Source: Spirochaetia bacterium
Lineage (GTDB): Bacteria; Spirochaetota; Spirochaetia; SZUA-6; Bin103
Reading direction: 5' to 3'
DNA length: 64,000 nucleotides
Assembly (NCBI GenBank): GCA_965203905.1
Contig: CBDBDQ010000005.1
Location: 1,248,001 to 1,312,000 of the forward strand
The notes under the pieces are model-generated. The model ran no database searches, had not been told where the DNA came from, and saw nothing but the letters and a program-made list of their open reading frames with translations. A program made the position numbers and the translations under genes. Below, piece by piece: positions 45,972-54,461 of this stretch; within the stretch, counting starts at the first letter, position 1; every line of letters starts with the position of its first letter.

Positions 45972-47006
45972 ATGGCCGGCGAGATTACCACGCCCCACAA
46001 CAACCTGTTCCGCTCCGTGTTCGGCGACACCGCCGAGGCGTCCGCCCTGCTGCGCGCACATCTGCCCCAGGCGATCAGCCGTCAGTTGCTCTGGTCCACC
46101 CTCGCCTTGCAGCCGGTCGGCTTCATCGACAGCCGCCTGCGCGACAGCGAGTCCGACCTGCTCTACCTGATCCGGCGCAAGACCGACGCCGCGCCGGTCT
46201 GGCTCTACGTCCTGCTGGAGCACCAGTCGACCCCGGACCCCTGGTTGCGCCTGCGCCTGCTCAAGTACAGCATCCGAATCTGGGAACGCGATCGCAGGCG
46301 GCATCGGAACGACAAGCAACTGCGTCCCATCCTGCCTCTGGTGTTGTACCAGGGCAGGCGCCGCTGGCGTCACGGCCGCGAGTTCTCGGAGCTGTTTGCG
46401 CAGCAGGTCCGTCACTGGCCGTGGGTGCCGCATTACGCACACCTCTTGATCGACCAGACCAGGGCACGGCCGCACCAGGTGCGCGGCGAGTTGCGCGGTC
46501 GCATCGCGCAACTCGCGATGATGGCGACGTTCCGGAAAAGCTGGCCCCTGTTGCAGCGGTTGGTGCCGCTGCTGGCGGAGTTGGCACGGGTCGGCGCCGC
46601 CGCCGAGGACTGGGAGGAGATCATCGTGTACATTGCAGCCACGACAACGCGACAACCGCGGCGCTGGCAACGGTTCGCAGACGCGGTCCGGCGGCGCGTA
46701 CCGGGAGGTGCAGAACTGATGAACAAGACTGAACGGATGCGTCAGATCTACGGCGACGTCAGGGAGCAGGAAGGCCGTCGGGAGGGCCACCAGGAAGGCC
46801 GTCGAGAGGGCCGCAAGGAAGGCCGTCGGGAGGGCCGCAAGGAAGGTGAGTTGCGAGGCAAGGTGCTGACCATCGAGGCACTCCTCGGACGAGATGTCCC
46901 CTGGACCACCATCCAAACCGCGACCGGAATCGACCAGGCCACCTTCCACCGGCTCAAGCACCAGCTCGAGGCCGCCGCCGGCAGCAGCCGCCACCACGCC
47001 AACTGA
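45972..47006 (+). CDS. Rpn/YhgA-like recombination-promoting nuclease
   Basis: TPHNNLFRSVF, FID..LR..ESDLLY, YVLLEHQSTPD, PILPLVLYQG, and a C-terminal EGRREG repeat. Confidence 0.92.
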   Translation: MAGEITTPHNNLFRSVFGDTAEASALLRAHLPQAISRQLLWSTLALQPVGFIDSRLRDSESDLLYLIRRKTDAAPVWLYVLLEHQSTPDPWLRLRLLKYSIRIWERDRRRHRNDKQLRPILPLVLYQGRRRWRHGREFSELFAQQVRHWPWVPHYAHLLIDQTRARPHQVRGELRGRIAQLAMMATFRKSWPLLQRLVPLLAELARVGAAAEDWEEIIVYIAATTTRQPRRWQRFADAVRRRVPGGAELMNKTERMRQIYGDVREQEGRREGHQEGRREGRKEGRREGRKEGELRGKVLTIEALLGRDVPWTTIQTATGIDQATFHRLKHQLEAAAGSSRHHAN

Positions 47007-47039
47007 GCCACCCCCGCCACCGGACCACCAGGGAGCCGC

Positions 47040-47130
47040 AACGCCCGGCACCAGCCACGAACGTGCGCCGTAGAAGTACTTCCAGTAGATCGGCCCGTTG
47101 CCGAACGCCAGCCGGTGGCCCGGTTCCACG
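47040..47130 (-). pseudogene. N-terminal GT22 fragment
   Basis: VEPGHRLAFGNGPIYWKYFYGARSWLVPGV matches 52160-52250. Confidence 0.85.
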
Positions 47131-47135
47131 TACAC

Positions 47136-47247
47136 GACGATCCGCTGACACTGCGCTACGTGCGCGAGGTGCTGACGGCCGCGGGCTATGCGCCGCTGGT
47201 GACCGGCGGCGATGGCGATCGGTCCAGATCATCCGGACCGAGAAGCT
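47136..47247 (+). pseudogene. Response-regulator receiver fragment
   Basis: DDPLTLRYVREVLTAAGYAPLVTG...IIRTEK matches 58137-58250 on the opposite strand. Confidence 0.8.
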
Positions 47248-47335
47248 GCGTGCCGAAGCGGTACCTGATTCGGCTGCGGCCGGACAGGGCGCCCCCGGCA
47301 TTTAGCCCCGTACAACTCGGCTTGGTGAACCGTAC

Positions 47336-47853
47336 GCCTGCAGCTTCGAATACTCCGATGCCGACGCAGCACCCACGCAACTGCTTGGGCACATACCCGA
47401 AACCGAGCTCACCGAGGTAACCCACACCATATCGTCCGCAACGGGCGCCTGGCAGCCGAGTTCCGCGCCCAGCAGGTGCGCAACTTCCCCCGCGCCGGCC
47501 GCACGGAACTGGATGCGGTGCACTACTCCGAATACGACCGCAACGGCATTCTGGTGACCGCCGGCAACGCCGAGCGCGCCGTGTACTTCACCGAGCGCGA
47601 GGACGCCGAGCTGGCCGGCGCGATCCGCTTGCGCTCGCAGTCGCAGGGCGTCTGGCTGGAAGCCGAGACCCTGCGCTGGGAGGACGCCAGCCACCGGCTG
47701 TTCTCGGGCCCCGAGGAGACGGTGGCGGTTACCCGCGACGACGGCTCACAGGTGACCGGCGTCGGTCTCCAGGTCGACGTGCGCCGCAAGACCATCCGCT
47801 TCTCGGGGCCTGTCAGCGGGACCCTGGTCGCGGAGACCGGGGCGGGCGAATAG
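47336..47853 (+). pseudogene. lptC: lptC copy 5 (5' truncated, frameshift near 47430)
   Basis: Begins at ACSFEY; 2-bp insertion CACCATATCGTC. Confidence 0.8.
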
Positions 47854-48802
47854 GCGGGAGGGCGCGCGGCCGGGGGCCGGGGGGCGTGGCGAGACGGTGT
47901 GCCACCGCTTCGGCAATCGGTCATGCGCGCCAGGCGCCTGCTACCGAACCGGCTGGTGCTGCGACCGCCGGCGCAGCGGCGCAGCGCCCGCACCCGGCGT
48001 TGCAGCCTGCCGTGAGACGCACGGATGAACCGGCTCGACCACGGGACGGCAACGGCGCTGTTCTACCCGGGCGCGGTGCTGGCGTGGCTGCGCCTGATGG
48101 GGGGAGGCGCGGGCCGGCCACTACCTGCTGCTGGTGCTGTTCGCGGCCGGCCTGCTGAGCAAGTCGGTGGCGATGACGTTGCCGCTGCTGCTGTTGCAGT
48201 GGTGGCGACGTGGCCGGGGTGGCCGGGTGACCGGGTGACGCCGGTGGATCTGCTGCCGGTGGCGCCGCTGGTGGTGCTCGGGGCGGTGATCACGGCCGCC
48301 GACCTGGCGTTCTACCGGGGCGGCAACCGCCGCCCCGGCGCCGAAGATAGGCGCAGTACGTGCCTCGCGGTACGCGACCTGGCCGCCGCTCACGGGTTCC
48401 CCGCCGGCGCCAGGTCGCGGCTCGTGTCGTGCAGCCACCAGGGGTCCGCGACGTGGTCGTCCGGGTCCGGCTTCCAGGTCGCGCCCTCCAGCGCTACCAG
48501 GTGCCCGCCTCCGTCCGCCGCGCCCACTACCTCCGCGCGACCGGCGTAGCGCCAATGCCGTGATGACGCCGCGCCGGGTTCACGGTTGCTGTGCCCACCG
48601 CGGCGCCGTAGCAGGAGGTGCAGCCTCCACGTCATCCGGTGTGCAGGAACTTGGCTCGCCCTCGAAAGCGCCAACGAACGGTGTCCCGTTGTAACGGGTA
48701 TGGCTCGCAACTTCTCCAGGCACCTGCCCGGTCGCGCCGGCCGCGGTACGATTCTCGTGGTCACCGCCGCGTGGTATGCTCACGGGGTCAGGAGGGACCG
48801 TG

Positions 48803-49555
48803 ATGGCAAGCTCGGTACTCGCTCCCGCCCAGGTTGAATACCCCTCGTCGGACGGACGACCGGTGGCGGAGAGCGATCACCAGTTCATCCCGCTGACCTA
48901 TGCCGCGAACCGGCTGCGGGAACACTTTCGCGAGCGCGAGGACGTGTACGTGGCGGGGAACCTGTTGATCTACTACGAGGAAGGGACGCAGGAGCGGGTG
49001 GCGCCGGACGTGTTCGTGGTGCTGGGTGCGCCGCGGCGGAAGCGAACGAGCTACGTGCTGTGGCAGGAGCCGAAGGCGCCCGACTTCGTGCTGGAGGTGA
49101 CCTCGCGCAGCACGCACGTGGAGGACCAGGGCTCGAAGCGGAGGCTGTACCAGAGGCTCGGGGTGCGGGAGTACTGGCAGTACGACCCGACGGGGGACTA
49201 CCTGGAGCCGGCGTTGCAGGGACTGGAGTTGGTGGCGGGGGAGTACGCGAGGCTGCCGGAACGGGAGCTGGCGGACGGGACGCCGGTGCTGACGAGCGCG
49301 GTGCTGGAGTTGGAGTTGCGGCTGACCGAGCGCGGGCTGCGGTTCCACGATCCGGTGACGGCGCGCGAGCTGCCGGACCTCGGGGAGACGGACGCGGCCT
49401 GGCGGCGGGAGCGGCAGGCACGCGAACGGGCCGAGCAGCGGTGGCGCCGGGCCGAGCAGGATCGCCGGCAGGAACGGGAGGCCCGGCAGGCGGCGGAGGC
49501 GCGGATCGCCGAACTCGAAGCCAGGCTGCGCGACCGTGATAACTCCGAGCCGTAA
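48803..49555 (+). CDS. Uma2-family endonuclease, copy 2 (shorter tail)
   Basis: Near-identical to 43719-44576; 35 aa shorter in the AEQ(E/D)RER region. Confidence 0.92.
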   Translation: MASSVLAPAQVEYPSSDGRPVAESDHQFIPLTYAANRLREHFREREDVYVAGNLLIYYEEGTQERVAPDVFVVLGAPRRKRTSYVLWQEPKAPDFVLEVTSRSTHVEDQGSKRRLYQRLGVREYWQYDPTGDYLEPALQGLELVAGEYARLPERELADGTPVLTSAVLELELRLTERGLRFHDPVTARELPDLGETDAAWRRERQARERAEQRWRRAEQDRRQEREARQAAEARIAELEARLRDRDNSEP

Positions 49556-50118
49556 GCTGCCACCCGTCTGGTTCGAGGTCGTCATGCCTCGTTGTCGACA
49601 GATTAGATTAGAGCAAGTTAAGGGTTCAGTAGTCGACAGAGCGGCAGATGATTGCGTGCGTGCAGCCGTCGGTGCGCTCCAGAATCATGGTCCGAAATGA
49701 AGCGGTCTCCGAAGACGGCGAAGCCGTAGCCGAGCTTCATCTCGAAGCGGGGGTTCGCGAGCTCCCCGCCGTCGTCGTTCGCCGCAAGCCCGTGGCGTGT
49801 GCGCCGCCCGAGCAGCGCGTCCGCACCGCCGCTCTCCGAGCGCCCCACCGTCTGCGTGAGTGAGCCGGGGCGCCAGCGTGCTCGTGCCGAGGCTGAACGC
49901 GAGAGCCATGTCGGTCGTGAGCGCCTCCCCGTCCCCCGGACCGGCGTCCGGGCCAGGCTCCGGCGTCAAGGTCAGCGTGGCCGCCCCGTAGCACGCCACG
50001 CTCCACACCGTCAGCCGGTCGTTCATCGCATAGCACCCCCAGGGGTAGAGCCCGGTCAGCGTCCAGGCGACCTCGCCGTCGAGCGTGAGCGTGACGCGGC
50101 CCGTCACCTTGCCCGGGC

Positions 50119-50507
50119 ATGTGGGCCGGGCAGTCCGGATCGGGAGGAACCGGGAGGGCGAGCGGCGGCCGGAGCAGGGCTGCCGTCGCCCTGTTCGCCG
50201 CCCTGCTGACCGCCTGCAGCTTCGAATACTCCGATGCCGACGCATCACCCACGCAACTGCTTGGGCACATACCCGAGACCGAGCTCACCGAGGTAACCCA
50301 CACCATCGTCCGCAACGGCCGCGTGGCGGCCGAGTTCCGCGCCCGGCAGGTGCGCAACTTCCCCCGCGCCGGCTGCACGGAACTGGATGCGGTGCACTAC
50401 TCCGAATACGACCGCAACGGCATCCTGATGACCGCCGGCAACGCCGACCGCGCCGTGTACTACACCGAGCGCGAGGACGCCGAGCTGGCCGGCGCGATCC
50501 GCCTGCG
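50119..50507 (+). pseudogene. lptC: lptC copy 6 (3' truncated)
   Basis: Homology stops at AGAIRLR. Confidence 0.8.
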
Positions 50508-50788
50508 AACTTCGAGGAGCTGTGCCGGGAGATCGACAGTCGCCAGGAAGGGCACCTGCAGGGTCTGTGCGAGGCAGTGGCCGCACGCTTCCGCCCATGG
50601 TCCGGAGCTGCCGAAGCCAGCCGCGGCACTGGCAGCCAACCGACGCCCGGCTGACCCTCCGATTCCAACAGCGTTGACCATCCCATCCCGGTGACCCACG
50701 AGCATGGCGCTACGGGCGACGGCGACTACTCCCGGGGTCCCACGGAGCGTCCACTTCGCTCCGACCGCGACGGCGTTGCACCATTCTC

Positions 50789-52615
50789 CTACGGTCGGGC
50801 GGTGAAACGGATCGCGGCGTTCGCCGGCGGGGCGGGGAAGTCGGCGTCGATCTGCTGCATGGTCGACCACACGAGGTCGAAGACGATGACCGGTTTGTGT
50901 TCCCGCCACTGCCGTACCGGCGGCTCGGCGGCATCCCGGCGCAGGATGCGGACGTTGCCGAACTCCCGCTCCAGCGAGTAGCCGGGAACAACCAGGCCCG
51001 GGACTGCTGCCACCACGTGGCTCACGGTGGCGGTCAGCGTCGCCAGGTCCTGGCCCACCCCGCGTCCGACGTACGCGTCGTACAGGGGTATCGCGCGGTG
51101 CAGGTAGTAGTAGCCCGGCGTGGAGGAGTAACCGCGGTCGACCTGCCACACCGCGTCGACTCCCGGCGCACGCGCCAGGTAGCGGTACGCGGCGTAGAGC
51201 GGGTCCTGGTTGCGCACGAACCCAAACAGCGTGGCCTCGTCCGACAAGTCCCGATACGCCAGCACCTGCGCCGGCAGCGCCTTCAGCATGCCGGCGCAGG
51301 ACACCACCGCGAACAGTGCGGCGGCCGCTCCCAGGGTCGAGCGGGCGGCGGCCGGGTGCGCCGGCAGCCGCCCGCCGACCCACGCCGAAGCGCGCGCCGC
51401 GAGGTCGGACCCGATCAGCAGCCACAGCGGAATCACCGCGAATATGAAGCGGTACTCCTTGTGCGCCGACATGGAGTGGGTGACCAGCACCAGGGCGACC
51501 AGGGCCAGGAGCAGAGCGTAGCGCCGCGGCCAGCGCAACGCCCCGGCGAGGCACAGCAGGCTCAACCCGCCGCCGGCGAGCGCGAACCACCACAGCAGCG
51601 CATGCGCCGGATCCCCGCCCATGAACTCCGCCCCCGCCATCAGGTTGAAGCGCAGGTTGACCAGGTAGGAGTGGAACAGGTCGCCGCCCCACGACAGGCC
51701 GTCGAAGATGCCGACCGCGAAGAATGCCGCTGCCGCTGCCACAGCGAGCAGCAGCTTCAGCGGCGTGCGCAAGAACACGATGGCCAGCAGCACCACGGCG
51801 ACGGGGGCGTACTGCATGCGGATAGCGGCCGCCAGCACCGCGAGCCCCGCCGCCTCCCAGGCCGCGCCTGCGCGGTCGATGCGGGGCCGCATGCTCAGCG
51901 CCAACAGCCCCAGCAGCGGCGCCGTGGCCACGAACTCGGTGAGCGGCTTGTGGGCGAAGCCGGCCAGTTCGTACCAGAAGGCGCCGGCGAGCAGCGCGAT
52001 GCGCGCCGCGGTCTCGCCGAAGTGGCGGCGCGCGAAGCAGTACATCGCGGCCGGGACTGCCAGCGAGAGGGCGCAGAAGAACAGCTTGACGCCGGCCACG
52101 TACCAGAGCGGCTCGCCGAGCCCGCCGAGGTCGAACAGCTTCAATACGCCGGCCACCACGCCCGGCACCAGCCAGGAGCGGGCGCCGTAGTAGTACTCCC
52201 AGTAGATCACCCCGTTGCCGAACACCAGCCGGTGGGCCGGTTCCAGGTACTGCATCACCTCGTCCGGGTGCAGCACGAAGTCGCCGTTCAGGGCCACCGC
52301 CGCGCGTACCGCGAACGCGAGGGTCAATATCAACGGCAGGAGTTTCCAGGGCCCCTGCTCCGGCGTGATCAGGTGGAGCATTCCGTCGAACGCGGTGCGC
52401 CGCCGCGGGGCGCGCTGCGCCTGGTCCCGCCTCCCGGCGTCCGCTGCCGCTGCCTGGTGTCGGGTCCCGGTGCGAGGCTGCTCCGCCCCCGCGGGCCGGC
52501 GCCGGCTCCGCACGGCAGCGTTCCCGGGCGCGCGGGCAGTGCCACTGCCGCGCCCGCGGGCACGGCCCCTTGCTCCGGTTCCTCCCGTTCTCGTCCTGCT
52601 CCTGCGGCTCGCCAT
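50789..52615 (-). CDS. GT22 (PIG-B/Alg9-like) membrane mannosyltransferase, intact
   Basis: HPDEVMQYLEPAHRLVFG...WEY..GARSW and HKEYRF motifs typical of GT22; multi-TM. Confidence 0.85.
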   Translation of the reverse strand: MASRRSRTRTGGTGARGRARGRGSGTARAPGNAAVRSRRRPAGAEQPRTGTRHQAAAADAGRRDQAQRAPRRRTAFDGMLHLITPEQGPWKLLPLILTLAFAVRAAVALNGDFVLHPDEVMQYLEPAHRLVFGNGVIYWEYYYGARSWLVPGVVAGVLKLFDLGGLGEPLWYVAGVKLFFCALSLAVPAAMYCFARRHFGETAARIALLAGAFWYELAGFAHKPLTEFVATAPLLGLLALSMRPRIDRAGAAWEAAGLAVLAAAIRMQYAPVAVVLLAIVFLRTPLKLLLAVAAAAAFFAVGIFDGLSWGGDLFHSYLVNLRFNLMAGAEFMGGDPAHALLWWFALAGGGLSLLCLAGALRWPRRYALLLALVALVLVTHSMSAHKEYRFIFAVIPLWLLIGSDLAARASAWVGGRLPAHPAAARSTLGAAAALFAVVSCAGMLKALPAQVLAYRDLSDEATLFGFVRNQDPLYAAYRYLARAPGVDAVWQVDRGYSSTPGYYYLHRAIPLYDAYVGRGVGQDLATLTATVSHVVAAVPGLVVPGYSLEREFGNVRILRRDAAEPPVRQWREHKPVIVFDLVWSTMQQIDADFPAPPANAAIRFTARP

Positions 52616-53293
52616 GGTCGTCGGGAGACTACCCATCCGGGGAGGGCTCGCCTTGCAGCACGCGGTCAACGGCGCTCGTCGCATCTCGATCCTTCCACGA
52701 ACCGCCACTCCTACGTCGCCGGGAAACTGCGACGGGCGGGAGCCGTGTTCCGCATGGAAGACAACGCGATCCTGCGCTGCGCCGATCCCGAGGTGCTGAC
52801 CACCATCGCCGACCGCCTCGACGAGCGCGGCAGCGCGCCACCTATTGGGCCAGCCGCCTGGCGCCCTGTTTCAGTGCCCGCGACCGCGCCAGCCGTCAAC
52901 TCCACTATCAGTGGTCAGTGGCGCAGATCGAACTCGCCCGCGTCGTGATCTTTCGATCTTTCGGCGCCGGGCGCACCTGCATGACCTATTTCAGCGCGCA
53001 GTGGTCATCCGTCATCCACGTCCTCGTGTGATTCGCACCATCCTCTTGCCGTGCAGACTCGCGCCGATTTGGGGACAATGCGGAAATCCCTTTGCTCCCC
53101 TCTCAGAAATAATCTGGGAATCCACCCGCGATTCTACGTGGAATACAACACCGTGAATTCTTCCCGTTCTACCGGACTCAAATCGATAGTGTACAGCCTC
53201 AATTTCACCCTCCCAGTGTGACTGTGATGGTCTGAGCTATACATCGGTCCCAACCGCCTCATGTTGCGCGGTTGAGCCACTACTAGGCGCACG

Positions 53294-53752
53294 TCAATCA
53301 TCGGCCAGCCACCCCGCCACCTGTTCGACGAGCCACCACTGCGCGTCATTGAAGAAAGATCGATGCTCCTCGGCGTTATGCTTGATGTCCAGCGGAAGGC
53401 TGGGGGTGTTGTACGTCACCGCTGCCGCGCGCCAGTCGATCACCATCTCGATGATGTCGAGCCATCCCATGCCATGCCGCTCGTGGTGCTCGGGATGATG
53501 GCTCTCGCGGTCGCGATGGCGTCTGACGCAACCGTACTTCTCGGCTTTCTCCCGCAACTCTTTGAACTCGGGACTGTGACGAGGACACTGGCTCAATTCC
53601 GCGTACTCCGGAAATTCGTTATTCTCCAGCTTGCTGCGGTCGTGCACGCGGGCGCGCCGACGCAACTCGTCAGCGAGTTCCTCCAGCTTCTCAGCCACCG
53701 CCTCACGATGTCGCATAATCGTCAGCAGCGCCTTCATCTCTCCGTTCATCAT
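53294..53752 (-). CDS. DUF5662-like HD-fold protein
   Basis: RH...V...L...HDRSKL..., H...HHPEH, M..LDIIEMVIDW; AGGAGG RBS. Confidence 0.78.
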   Translation of the reverse strand: MMNGEMKALLTIMRHREAVAEKLEELADELRRRARVHDRSKLENNEFPEYAELSQCPRHSPEFKELREKAEKYGCVRRHRDRESHHPEHHERHGMGWLDIIEMVIDWRAAAVTYNTPSLPLDIKHNAEEHRSFFNDAQWWLVEQVAGWLADD

Positions 53753-53870
53753 GTTCTCCTCCTGGTCGGACGGAAGGGACGGCACCCGTCCCCCGCGGTC
53801 ATTCGACGTGCAGCGACGGGGCGCCGTCCGATGCGGTAGGCGTAGGCGGTGCTGAAAGACGCCATCGCTC

Positions 53871-53963
53871 CCACGTAAGCGCCGTACTTTGCCGCCTGCG
53901 GCTCTGCAGCTTCCCGGCTGACGAACTCGGCGTTGACCTGCACCTCGATCGTGAGTCCGTCGC
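53871..53963 (-). pseudogene. Short fragment of the 61717-62850 metallopeptidase gene
   Basis: DGLTIEVQVNAEF.SREAAEPQAAKY.AYVG is near-identical to 62181-62273. Confidence 0.9.
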
Positions 53964-53988
53964 GGTGCCTACTTTCCAAGGTAGAAGC

Positions 53989-54157
53989 GTTGCGTATGCG
54001 CGTAGTCGGCGTGTACGCAGCGCTCCCTCACGTGCTTAGGTATATTGCGGTCCCGAATGCACCGCAGATCAACAGTGGAAGCAAGGTTTGTGTGGTTTCT
54101 GGTCGTACGCCTCGGTAACTACCGATTCGGCAGATGTCGACCGTCGTTGGCAATCAC
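53989..54157. repeat. Structured non-coding repeat, copy 1
   Basis: Shares GTATATTGCGGTCCCGAATGCACCGCAG..ATCAACAGTGGAAG and flanks with copies 2 and 3. Confidence 0.9.
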
Positions 54158-54273
54158 CCAGACGGTGTACCAGGCGCCCGCGCGCGACGCGACCGTGGGG
54201 ACCGGCAGTCGAGGTGGGCAGCGACCTGCTCCCGACGTGGCGCTGGAGGCAGCGAGCTTCCGTATCTGCCGTG

Positions 54274-54450
54274 ATGAAGGTCGCGGACGAGTCGGTCGCG
54301 ACCAGCGACACCGCGCCAGTACAAAATTCCGCCGCCGTTTACCTCGACCGCCTCCACCCGTCCGGCCGCGGCAGCATGCGCCGCGAACTCGACTGCGCGG
54401 TCGCAATCTTCACTGACCAGGCCGTCACAGATGCGATGGCGTTCGTCTGA
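54274..54450 (+). pseudogene. Possible N-terminal fragment of a tyrosine recombinase
   Basis: NSAAVYLDRLHPSGRGSMRRELD..VAIFT....DAMAF resembles the NPAxxYLxxLxPxSRxTMxxxL start of a XerC-like integrase family; no catalytic domain. Confidence 0.45.
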
Positions 54451-54461
54451 GGGGTGAGGCG

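Larger units (their letters stand above)
47336..50507 (+). repeat. Unit B of the ~3.1-kb direct duplication
   Basis: See unit A; shorter Uma2 tail and ~230 bp extra at 49700-49925. Confidence 0.92.

Noticed and set aside
20109-50507. Diversity-generating retroelement using the lptC or Uma2 copies as TR/VR
   Set aside because: Differences are not adenine-specific and no reverse transcriptase ORF is present.
54020-54055. dif/XerCD site inside the structured repeat
   Set aside because: GTGCTTAGGTATATTGCGG lacks the TTATGTTAAAT XerD arm.
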